From Camelus ferus (lineage: Eukaryota), in contig NC_045697.1 in assembly GCF_009834535.1 (NCBI RefSeq), forward strand, positions 51,958,001 through 52,022,000: a stretch of DNA of 64,000 nucleotides. The letters are read 5' to 3'. The position numbers and the translations under genes were made by a program. Below, in pieces: positions 1-10,990 of this stretch (positions within the stretch are counted from its first letter, which is position 1; every line of letters starts with the position of its first letter). The notes under the pieces were generated by a model. The model was given only the letters and a program-made list of their open reading frames with translations, had not been told where the DNA came from and did not search any database.

Positions 1-140
1 AGAAAAAGGACCCTCACCAAGAACCCAGCCATGCTGGCACCTTCTTCTCAGACTCCTCGCCTCCAGAACTGTGAAAATAAATGTCTGTTGTTCAAGCCAC
101 TCAGTATATGGCATTCTGTTATAGCAGCCTGAGCTAAGAC
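1..140 (+). mobile_element. 3' end of a MaLR LTR (MLT1A/MST-like), cut by the window edge
   Basis: Typical MaLR terminus CCTCCAGAACTGTGA-AATAAATGTCTGTTGTTCAAGCCAC...GTTATAGCAGCCTGAGCTAAGAC. Confidence 0.8.
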
Positions 141-1079
141 GTTCTTTGAGAATAAAGAGCACTTTGCATGAACAAAAGTAGTCTGTTTGAATTACTTCCT
201 AACTGAACTTCAGTTCCTAGAAGGTTTATAAAAGAAATTGGTAAAATTATCATATTTGATATTTGATATCAATCAAATCAAATTTAGTTTGATATTCTAC
301 AAGCCCCTCTGCTATTACAGGAAAGTAACTCTATTATTCTTCCACTAGCAAAATATTCTCATTTCCTGAAAGATGAATGCTACATTTTTCTCAAATTTTT
401 AAAATTTATCTTTTTAAAATATTTACAATTTGTTATTAAAATATTCTTACCTAATTAAAAAAATTCCAATAACCTAAATGATCCAGGAACACTTAAAAAA
501 ATTTTTGTCATCTATCCAGACCACCTTAAAATAGGTGCTTGAATGGTTCCACTGAATAGAAATGAAAAGGAAACATGTCTTCCCAGTCCTAAAATTTGTT
601 TGCTTGTTATAGTATTTACTGTTCAACAAAAATGCAAAAAAGTGTGTATAGCCACTCTCACCAAACTCGACTGACATGATAGCACTAGGACAAAAAGAAC
701 GTAAATCCCCAGAAAGGAGGTGCCAGACACTAGTGAATGTAAATTTGGGAAAATAACACAATTGGCTGAATTATGTATAAATGCAATTGGATGCCTCTGG
801 CTTTTCCCCAGGCCAGTGGAAGAAAGGAGGTTACTCTCTGAGGAGGTCAAAGCACAGGGAATCTAGACACTGAGTCACCACCTACAGGCAGAGTGGGTGT
901 CACAATGATGAGAAGGATGAAGTGAAAATACACGTACACTCGGCATAGGATATTGCTGGTTCAGAGACCAGCTGAGCTCCAGGATGCAGCAGCCAGCCTC
1001 ATGTCCCGATGGCAGTAGATGAGAGAATTTCCTTCCGGGGAAAGTTATCCTTCCAAGAACACTGACGAATTTTGACCGG

Positions 1080-2620
1080 CAGATTTTTTCAGTTGTGGAT
1101 TTCCCAACGAATCACCCAGACTAATGAAGCTGAGCGTGGGCTTTAACCCCAAACCCCAGGCAGGCTGAGTTTCAAGGCAGCCGTACAGGGCCTCACTCTG
1201 AAACACACACATCTAAGTCGTAGCTGACGTTAGGGAAATCGCAAACATGAAAGAAGGAGACTAAAGCAAATAGGGAGAACAAAACAGGAGAAAGCCAATA
1301 TGAATCAGGTAGACAAAAAAATTAAAAACAGAAAAATTATTACTAATAACCTCAGGGACATAACACATTTTATCCATGAAAATTATGTGCATGGTGGTAT
1401 AAGGAGGTGGTATAAGAAAAGAAAAATAGCTCAGAGAATCTAAAACAGGAAAACAGAAATGGCTGCTGAATTTATGTCAACATAGAGTTTGGAAGAGAAA
1501 GTTAAGATCTTTGAAAGTAGAATAATGAGAAGCAGAAAATGGAAGAAAAAATATTTCCAACAGAGAGCAACCCAGCAGCTCCAATATCTGATTAATACGA
1601 GCTGAAGAAAGGAAAATGAAAAGGAACCCTAGGAGAAAGTTCCCCAGGATTGAAGGGCATTCTTTTCTTTTTTTTTTTCATTGAAAGGACCTAGTTTATG
1701 TGCAGCACAATAAATGGAAAATAGAAAGACTTACATCAGGGCATAACGGCCTAAAATTCAGAACACCAGGGGTAAAGAGAAGCTCTGAAAGCCTTCAGGA
1801 AGAAGAGCAAAGTACCAGTCAGAAGTAAAAGAAGCAAGAGTCAGGTCGCATCAGATTTTCCAGCAGTGACACCAGGTTTCCCAGCAGCAGCAATAGAGAA
1901 ATCTCTTTAAATATTTTGAGGGGAAAAAAAGTTCAGCCTAGAATACTTTACACAGCTAACTACAAAGAAGTGTGAAGGCAGAATAAAGATATTTTCAGAT
2001 ACAATATCTCAAACATTTTTATCTCAATGCATCCTTTTTCAGGAAGCTAATAGAGGAATAAACCAATAAAAAAAAAAAAAGAGAGATGGTGTCCAGAACA
2101 CAGAGGATTGAGCATAAACAGAGAGTAAGACAATTATTAGGGCCTCAGTGAAGAAAGCTCCCAGAGCGATAGCTGAGCTCCATACCCAGAGAGCAGTGTC
2201 TCTGGATAGGATCAAGATGATAGAGAGCACCTGGAGGGGTATGTCCAGGTAAAAAAGATGCTATTTACCCTTTTTTTGTGTGTTTTTGATACGTTCAAAA
2301 GTATTGACAAGAAATTTAACACTCCTGGAAGATAATTCTGAGGATACATTACTGATAGCTACACTCAAAAAAAAAAAAAAAAAAAAAAACCTAAGCAAAT
2401 CAAAATGTGATACCCTTATTAACACTAGGAAAACAAAAAATCATTTTATGAGAAAAATTGCTATCATCACAAGATACAAAAACCCAGGCTCTATTTAGTA
2501 CATGATGACAGAATAGGCAATCTAAACTCTCCCTGGCTCCCACTTCAGTGAAAGGAAAGAAACAGAAGTAAATTCTAGAAGGAAACCACTTATTCTCCAG
2601 TAAACTGATGTTGAATGCCA
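1080..2620 (+). mobile_element. HAL1 / ancient L1 ORF1-like element, decayed
   Basis: Purine-rich ORF1-like sequence including CAGCCTAGAATACTTTACACAGCTAAC...GTGTGAAGGCAGAATAAAGATATTTTCAGA...CCTTTTTCAGGAAGCTA, as recalled for HAL1. Confidence 0.65.
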
Positions 2621-3120
2621 TGAAAGGATGAGAACTGTGGTATGGCTCAAGCTGATCTAAATATCTTCAACATGCTGCTTTGGTTTCATTTTTTTCTTAT
2701 ACAAAGTTGGAATATGAATGTCTTGAGAGCTGTTCATTAGTTAATACAGCAAATATTTACTAAACAAGCACTATGCACCAAAACTGTACTGGGAACTACA
2801 CTCTTCCTCACTCCCAGAGTATGTGATGTGGTGCAAAAGAAGTAGTAATCTGGTCCCAGAAGCACTCCAGGGTAGCACCCTCACCATTACTTATGTTGCA
2901 CATGTGAATTACCACTACACGAGGAAACCACCTCTTTGTGAGAAATCATTGATATCGCTACTCCATCTTCCATCAAAAACTGTTGGCAATCTCCCCAGCT
3001 AACCACAAGAGGGACTAAATGCCTATTCCCGTTAGACTGAAGACATTTCATTAATTGAAACCACCGGTAAGCCACTGGAAACCACTTACCAGTTCTTTGA
3101 ACTTTATAGTTGATAATACA

Positions 3121-3191
3121 TTTTTAATGGAAGTACTCGGGATTGAATCCAGGCTCTTGTGCATGCTTAGCACTGAGCTAAACCCTCACCC
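3121..3191 (-). mobile_element. Vic-1-type tRNA-derived SINE (camelid) with internal deletion
   Basis: Minus strand reads GGGTGAGGGTTTAGCTCAGTGCTAAGCATGCACAAGAGCCTGGATTCAATCCCGAGTACTTCC + A-rich tail; A-box and B-box remnants of a tRNA-Ala-like head. Confidence 0.75.
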
Positions 3192-3242
3192 AACAGTCCA
3201 TAATATTCTGAGCTAAACCCTCACCCAACAGTCTGTAATATT
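3173..3242. repeat. 35-bp tandem duplication (33/35 identical)
   Basis: CTGAGCTAAACCCTCACCCAACAGTC(CA/TG)TAATATT at 3173-3207 and 3208-3242. Confidence 0.95.
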
Positions 3243-3329
3243 CTCAATGATATTTCTACCATATTATACATGCCCTGAACCGTGCTAAGCAAGTTCAAAG
3301 TCTTTAGTAAGAAGTGTTAAATCTCATTC

Positions 3330-3545
3330 GCTGATGACCTTCAGTAAACACTCTATAAAAATAATAGCTTCACACTTCACCTCTGTTATTTGCTTTATTT
3401 TTCTCCGTAATTCTTATTATTCTCTGATGACTTATATCGCTATTTGTTCTTGTTGTTAGCCTCCTTTAGAATGTAGACACCTTCAGGATAACTACTCAGA
3501 GCTGTTCTCAGAACTCCGTGAATATTTGTGAATGAATAAATGATC
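3330..3545 (+). mobile_element. L2 3'-end remnant
   Basis: TTAGAATGTAGACACCTTCAGG...GAATATTTGTGAATGAATAAATGA, an L2-type terminus. Confidence 0.5.
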
Positions 3546-3617
3546 CTGTCATGGCTACGGGAATATGGGACAATCATTTTCTCATATCATCTTTGAGCTG
3601 CACACAAATCAACATAC

Positions 3618-3945
3618 CTGCTATGATATTGTCCAGCAGCGTGGTAGGCATACAGAATATGCCAACTAGTAAATCACTTATGGCCAGGTTCAAGATGAAG
3701 AGATTAGTGACAGTGTGCATATGTTTGTTCCTCATTACAATAAAGCAAACCACTGTGTTTCCCACCATGCACAGGAAGAAGATTAGAAAGTAGGAAATAA
3801 TGAAGACTGCAGCCACTTGAGGCTGGTGGAGATAGTAGCTCACATAGGTGATGTTGCCGTCTGCGTACAGATCATGCTTTGTGGCATTGACACTCCAGAT
3901 GTGGTGCCAGGTTTCTGAAGAGTTTGAGTCCCATTTCTCACTCAT
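3618..3945 (-). CDS. NPFFR2: Neuropeptide FF receptor 2, first coding exon (328 coding nt: N-terminus, TM1, ICL1, TM2); remaining exons are outside the window
   Basis: Translation [110 protein letters not shown] matches NPFFR2 as I recall it. It has the class A motifs GN (TM1) and LAxxD (TM2) and N-glycosylation sequons at N8, N20 and N31. Acceptor polypyrimidine+CAG|GTCCATCATG starts the exon at 3952; donor CAG|GTATGT follows 3618 (phase 1). Confidence 0.96.
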
Positions 3946-4625
3946 GATGGACCTGAACAAAGAAGAGGCAGAAAAGAAAAAGCATGATTAAAAAGCAGGG
4001 GAACATAAGTTTAAAAGCACGTAAGAGAGATGCTTTTACAATGCTATGGAATTTTGAAGGGTCTTTTATAATAATCCATAAGTTTTGCGTGGAACTGAGT
4101 TATAAATAAGGCATTCAAATTATTAGGCTTTTAACCAAGAGCATTTGAAAATCCCACTTTGTGCCACGAGGAACACTTATTATTATATTTTATTTCCTTG
4201 ATATACCCTGTATTATCTCCCTCTTTATCATACCTTCCGTCTACTCGCAAGTTTCAAGGGAAACCTTCCATAACTCCTTTTCCTCCTGCCTCCAGATGTC
4301 ATAATCTGTCAAAACCTACTTGTTCTTTTCATGCTAAATAAGATGACTTGAGCTTTCCTAATATTTGAATGAAGTGTCTGCAACTTCAAAACTCTCGTTG
4401 AAACAAGCTTCTTGGATTTTCCTTATTCTCTTTGACTCAGTAAACTGAATATTCTCTTTATACAATTCTGTATGTTGACATAGCCACAAAATAGAATTTC
4501 TTAAACTAGTTCTAGGTTACTTATCTTGGTTTCATTTAGCATTATTCCATTCACATAGTATATATTCAATAAATACTTATTTGGAATCTATAAATCTTAA
4601 ATAAAGACATTTCAATCAACTGTTG

Positions 4626-5166
4626 TGTGTCAGAAGTCCCCATGAACACTCCCAGGTTTGGTGATTTACTAGAAGGCCTCACAGGACTCAGAGTATGACA
4701 GTGAAGGGATACAAAGCAAAATCAGAAATAAAAAGGCACACAGGGTAAAATCTGCAGGACAGCAGGGACACGCTTCCAGGAGTTGCCTCTCAATGGAGTC
4801 ACACGGGATACGCTTAGTTCCTCCAGCAATGAGTTTGACAACACGTGGGAAGTGCTGTCTACCAGGGAAGCTCCTTAGAAACTCAATTCCCCAGATTTTT
4901 AATTAAATAGTGGTCATGTGGGCAACTTCTTTTGAGATATGTCAAAATTCCAGACTCCTGGATGGAAAGTTGGTGAGCAGGATGAACTATGTTGTTTGCA
5001 TGAACAGCTTATACCTAGTGAGTCATGCATCATTTAAGGAAACTTTATATTGGTATAGGGAACTGTCTGGAATTTAAGTTCCCAAACTCCAACTCAGGGC
5101 CAACCGCAAAAGCAGGCCTTTTTAAAGACAGCAGTCTCAAGTCTGCTTGTTAACTCTTTTCTGCAT
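4626..5166 (-). mobile_element. ERVL-class solo LTR (MER68/MER77/MER21 group)
   Basis: Minus strand begins ...TGCAGAAAAGAGTTAACAAGCAGACTTGAGACTGCTGTCTTTAAAAAGGCCTGCTTTTGCGGTTGGCCCTG and ends ...GGGGACTTCTGACACA, matching the recalled consensus. Confidence 0.75.
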
Positions 5167-7344
5167 GTCTTGTAAAGTTGACAGGTTATACGTGCCCTGA
5201 AATGAAAATGAATTTAACAGTGGACTTATGCAAGTGAACTCTCATATTCACTTTTTTGGAGTAGTTTCATGGACTGTGAATTGTTGAGGATAGATTGAAA
5301 TGAGTCTCGGCAAGTAGATAGTCAGATCCCAATTTGCAAGGTCATATAGTGACCTCATTATCACTTTGCATTTTCCAGTCTTTTACCAAGTACACATTTA
5401 TATTGTATTAGGGGAGCATGTTTATCTTTTGTCAATACTGCATAAGGATTAAGATATGTATATTCACTTCTGCTACTGAACTTTGGATAGTTTTCTCTTT
5501 GTATCTTAGGTACAGGGAAGAATAAACAAGATTAAGTTATGAATATGAAGTAAGTCAGTTAAAGGGGATCATTTTTCGTCCCAACAGCTCCTATTATTTT
5601 GCCATTTAATTTTTTCCCTTTCCTCAAATTTTTAAAATTCACTTTTGCTTTTCTGTATTTCGTATCCCTAAGTCCAAATAAATACAAAAAATGAAAAGCA
5701 AAGTGAGTGTGGGATGGGGTGAGAGCTTGGAGAAGAGGAAGAAAACAGGAATTTGTGTAGAATCAGAAGCAGGCTGTTATACAAAGTCAAGTTGAGAATA
5801 TCTTTGGGGTCCAGAAACTGATATTGAGAATACCTATCAGCTTGATAAAAATCATTTCAATGAAAGTCTTCAAAGAAAAGCATTCATACAAATTTGTGAA
5901 GATATGTATACCTAAGGCAAGGAAACACTATAAATACAAATGAGAACGGCATGAGGAAAAATGTAGGTAGCTAAGAGTTACTAATAAAAGACATCTGTCC
6001 ATGGATTCAATTAGAGCTGACAAACATATGGGTAGAATATATTATAAGACATAAGACATTTTTTTCTTATATCCTGGCTTAAAGCAACCCCATATTTCCA
6101 AAGCAGATATCCATCCGTGGTATCTGTTGAGATAAAAGTGTTAGGAAGTTTGAGATCGAAGAGGATTCAAAACCTTCCTGTGTATTAACTTAAACTCCAC
6201 GTTATTTGAGACAGAAGTGCCTCCTTTCCTCTTCTTCCAATAGATTTTTGATAAACTAAAATCATATTTTGTCTTGGGGCCAGCCTGGATTTCACTATCC
6301 CTACTATTGGCTTGATAACTATATTTGGCAAGACAGCATGCAAAATGCAATACAGAGAGGTAAGCAAAGAATCTGTCATATTTTAACCGTTAATTCCTGC
6401 TGATGTGCAATTGTAAAATTTTCGTACATGAGGTAATAGCCATTAGGTTGACTTATAATAATATGAATTTAGGAACTACATCATCCCCTGTAGTATTACT
6501 GTCGTGAGGCAGAGAAAAGCCAGGTCCCGACTGATCCTAGGGGGGCCCCCTTATCTCAATGTCATACAACAGAGACAACTGCTCTTTGGTGTTCATCCTA
6601 TTTAAAGGCTTTAATAGGATATTCCTGTGTAAATCTTGCTTATAGTAAATAAATACTAAATCTATGGATTTATGAGGTGTAACTCCCTAGGAAATATCAT
6701 GTAAGCTGGGGTGTAAAATGGAGACCAAACACTCTGCTGTGATGCGTTCATGGGCGGAACACTCTGCTGTGACGGGTAATATCCATCTAATTTGGAGACC
6801 TCATCTATTATTCTGAGCCAGAGTAAGCGTCTAATGCAGGAAGAGGCGTCCTAAAGCCACCTTCGATGTCCCAGACCTCCTTTGATTAAGTACCTTAATT
6901 GCCTATATCCTTGAAATTATGAAGTCGTGAAATTGAGTAGGATCTCTGATTTTAAAGACGGTAATTCAGGTTTCAGCTATAAAATACAATATGCACAGAG
7001 AATTGAATAATCATTCACATCATTCACATATATCTGGAAATGCACAATCTAATATTTCAGTCTATCTCCTACCAATATTTTTACTTTATATTTTTACATA
7101 AATATCCTGGGGAGAATGATAATATTATTTTCAAGGAAGTAACACATTCTATTGAGGTGAGAACTGTTTCATTTAGAAAAATACTTAGAGAAGTTCTCTT
7201 TGTATGAAAATGGATGCAGTCTTATCCTCTAGGGTATAATGATGTTGAATAGAATAACCAAAGATACAGTTAAGTACTTTATTATTCTTAAATTCTTTAT
7301 TAACTTAAGTGCTTAATTACCATTGAGTATTTTCACTTCATCTC

Positions 7345-7510
7345 TGTGCTGGATACAATGTTAATTGCTTTATATGTGTCAACCCATTTAATCTTCCTAG
7401 TAGGAGATGGCTACTAATTATATCTTGATTTAATATATAAGGAAAGAAAAATAGAAAAACGTTAAGTCATCTGATCCCAGGCTCCACAGCTAACAACTGG
7501 AAGAGTTGGG
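7345..7510 (-). mobile_element. MIR fragment
   Basis: TGCTTTATATGTGTCAACCCATTTAATCTTC...GTTAAGTCA...CACAGCTA. Confidence 0.5.
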
Positions 7511-8451
7511 AAACATACAGAGAGGGTCTCCTAAGACTGTGAAGGTCAGCAACATAGCTGAGGATGGGGTGGTGGGGTGGGCAACTGGAGAGTTGGAAAC
7601 TAACCAGAATACAGTTCCATGGGATGAATATGGCCAAGGACCTTCAAGAATGTATCATGCCTAATATTTCATTTTAAACTAATTTTTGTACTATTCCCTA
7701 CCTATAGTTCCATACTGTCAGCAAGTCTATTAAATATGACTATCTCTGTGGGAGGTATTTTTTAGTTATCAAGGGAAATGTTCTAATGTTTGGGTTAGTG
7801 TAGGGCAGAGAGAAAAGAGCAGCAATCAATGAAGAGATAGAAACAGGAATGCTTCTTATAGATCCCGAGAATTCTTGGAGGTACTGTGGTGGGGGAGACA
7901 AGAGGGTGCTGGATTCTCCAAAGCACGTGGGATGAAGACAGTTTAGTTCAAATATAATGGCTCCATTGAACAAGCATGGCTCGTGGGATGCAACATAAAA
8001 GCAACTTTATTTATATTCTGCTGACCCTTTAATTTTATTATCTGAGGCTAATTTCCCCATTGCCCCTGGGTAAAATTTGAAAGAAGTCTTATTATTTTCT
8101 AATCATTTTCTTTTTTTTTTATATATTTTTTTTACTGAAGTATAGTTAGTTTACAATGCTGTATCAATTTCTGGTGTACAGCATAATGCTTCAGTCATAC
8201 ATGAAAATACATATATTTGTTTTCATATTCTTTTTCACCATAAGTTATTATAAGATACTGAATACAGTTTCCTGTGCTATACAGTATGAACTTGCTGTTT
8301 ATCTACTTTATATATAGTAGTCAATATCTGCAAATCTCGAACCCCCAATTTATCCATTCCCATTCCCTTCCCAACCCCAGTAGCCATAAGTTGTTTTCTA
8401 TGTCTGTGAGTCTGTTTCTGTTTTATAGATAAATTCATTTGTCCTTTTTTT

Positions 8452-10151
8452 TTAGATTCCACATATAAGTGATATCATATGGTATTTTTCTTTCTCTTTC
8501 TGGCTTACTTCACTTAGAATGACAATCTCCAGGTCCATCCATGTTGCTGCAAATGGCATTATTTTATCCTTTCTTATGGCTGAGTAGTATTCCGTTGTAT
8601 AAATATACCACATCTTCTTTATCCAGTCATTTGTTGATGGATATTTAAGTTGTTTCCATGTCTTGGCTATTGTGAATAATGCTGCTATGAACACTGGGGT
8701 GCATGTATCTTTTCAAATTAAGGTTCCCTTTGGATATATGCATAGGAGTGGGATTGCTGGGTCACATGATAAGTCTATTTTTAGTCTTTTGAGGAATCTC
8801 CATACTGTTTTCCACAATGGCTGCACCAAACTGCAGTCCCACCAGCAGTGTAGGAGGGTTCCCTTTCCTCCACACCCTCTCCAACGTTTATTGTTTGTGG
8901 ACTTTTGGATGATGGCCATTCTGACTGGTGTGAGGTTACACCTTATTGTAGTTTTCATTTGCATTTTTCTGATAATTAATGATATTGAGCTTTTTTTCAT
9001 GTGCCTATTGGCCATTTGTATGTCTTCATTGGAGAATTGCTTGTTTAGGTTTTCTGCCCATAAGTTGAATGAGCTATTTATATATTATGGAAATTAAGCC
9101 CTTGTCAGTCTCATCTTTTGCAAATATTTTCTCCCATTCCATAGGTTGTCTTTTTATTTTGCTTATGGTTTCCTTTGCTGTGCAAAATCTTGTAAGTTTA
9201 ATTAGGTCCTATTTGTTTATTTTTACTTTTATTTCTATTGCCTGGGTAGATTGCCTTAGGAGAAGATTGCTAAGATTTATGTCCGATAATGTGTTGCCTA
9301 TGTTTTCTTCTAAGAGATGTATAGTGTCTTTTCTTATGTTTCAATCTTTAAGCCATTTTGAGTTTATTTTTGTATATGATGTGAGGGAGTGTTCTAACTT
9401 TTTTGATTTACATGCAGCTGTCCAGTTATCCCAACACCATTTGCTGAAGAGACTGTCTTTACTCTATTGTATGTTCTTGCCTCCTTTGTCAAAGATTAAT
9501 TGACCAAAAGTTTGTGGGTTCATTTTGTGGCTCTCTATTCTGTTCCATTGATTCATATGTCTGTTTTTGTACCAATACCATTCTGTTTTGATTACTGTAG
9601 CTCTGTAGTATTGTCTGAAGTCTGGGAGGGTTATTCCTCCAGCTTCATTCTTTTTCTTCAGTATTGCTTTGGTAATTCTGGGTCTTTTGTGATTCCATAT
9701 AAATTTTAGGATTATTTGTTGTAGTTCTGTGAAAAATTTCCTGGGTAATTTGATAGGAATCACATTAAATCTGTAGACTGCCTTGGGCAGTGTGGCCATT
9801 TTAAACAATATTAATTCTTCCAGTCCAAGAACATGGGATAGCTTTCCATTTCTTTAAGTCATTTTTAACTTCCTTAGTCAATGTTTTGTAGTTCTCCATG
9901 TACAAGTTTTTCACTTCCTTGGTCAGATTTATTCCTAAGTATTTTAGTTTTTTGGATGGAATTCTAAAAGGGATTATTTCTTTACTTTCCTTTTCTGATA
10001 CTTCATTGTTAGTGTAAAGAAATGCAGCTGACTTCTGTATGTTAATCTTGTAACCTGCTACCTTGCTGAATTCTTTTGTCAGCTCCAGTAGTTTTTGTGT
10101 GGAGACTTTAGGGTTTTCTATATATAGTATCATGTCATCCACATATAATGA
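8452..10151 (-). pseudogene. Disrupted L1 ORF2 (RT C-terminal part and cysteine-rich domain)
   Basis: Four ORF-track fragments in different frames, each with clear L1 ORF2p similarity; the endonuclease and N-terminal RT are missing. Confidence 0.88.
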
Positions 10152-10356
10152 CTCAAATATTGTATTTTTCATCTCTGGTTGTTCTTTATATTTTCTAACT
10201 CTTTGTTAAAAACCTCTAACTTCTCTCTCTGTGCATCCATTCTCCCGAGTTCTTTCATCACCTTTACGATCATTGCTCTGAACTCTATCTCAGATGGATT
10301 TGCCTATCTCCACGTCACTTGGTTCTTCTTCTTCTGGGGTTTTATCTTGTTCCTTC

Positions 10357-10990
10357 TGTTACTGAACCAAACTTGGGTCTGCTTGCCGGGGCATTGCAGT
10401 AAACTCAATCTACTGACACCAGGGTGTGGTGAAGGAAAGCGCAGCATTTATTGCAGAGCACCAGGCAGAGTCCAGGGAAGCTACTGCTTAAAAGGCTGGA
10501 GCTCCCTGAAGGCTTTCAGGGAAAGGTTTCTAAAGATAGGACGAGGAAGCGGGGTTGTGGGGTGCGTGATCAGCTCGTAGGCATTTTTCTGATTGGTTGG
10601 CGGTGAGGTAATTGGGATTCAGCATCATCAACCTTCTGGTTCCAGCTGGTCTGGGGTCTAAGTGCGTGTGGGTGGCACACAGTTAACTTCTTCCACCTGG
10701 TGGGGGTTCCAGTCTCTGAAAAACAGCTCATTGGACATGGCTTAGAATATTATCTGTAGCCCTTGAGGAGGAACTACAGGTCCTTGAGTCTGTTTAATGG
10801 CAAAACTATTATTATTTTGTCTTGCTTGACTGTTTTCCTTTCTTTCGCATTTTCTCACTTCTCTGATTAAGTGTACTCTTTGGAACTCAGAGAAGCCTGG
10901 AAGACTAAAGGTTCCCTACAGATAAGAGACAGGTGGAGGATATGAAGAGGTGTGTTCTGGGAAGGCCCCACAGGGTCCTGCTTGGTTATA
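10357..10990 (-). mobile_element. ERV1-class solo LTR (634 bp, MER4-supergroup-like) nested in the L1
   Basis: Minus strand TATAACC...GGTTCAGTAACA (TG..CA termini, 5' G mutated); 4-bp TSD CTTC (10353-10356) / TTTC (10991-10994). CCAATCAG at ~10596-10589, AATAAA at 10452-10447. The L1 sequence resumes seamlessly across it. Confidence 0.85.

Noticed and set aside
251..296. TTGATATCAA palindrome with ATTTGAT/ATCAAAT repeats
   Set aside because: Short AT-rich low-complexity sequence, compatible with chance or slippage.
3173..3242. CRISPR-like direct repeats (also 6728-6772)
   Set aside because: Only two copies each, no spacer array, no cas genes, and a mammalian context.
1..3617. Next NPFFR2 exon (expected WPFG...AVDR)
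   Set aside because: Not found by eye on the minus strand; presumably beyond the window start.
3574..3960. 128-aa single-exon ORF from the track (MFRSIM...[13 protein letters not shown])
   Set aside because: It starts at a TTG inside the acceptor and runs through the donor into intron 2. The real coding part is 3945-3618, and nothing here supports an intron-retained two-TM isoform.
8663..9709. Plus-strand ORFs of 144, 144 and 69 aa
   Set aside because: Antisense frames of L1 ORF2, a common artefact.
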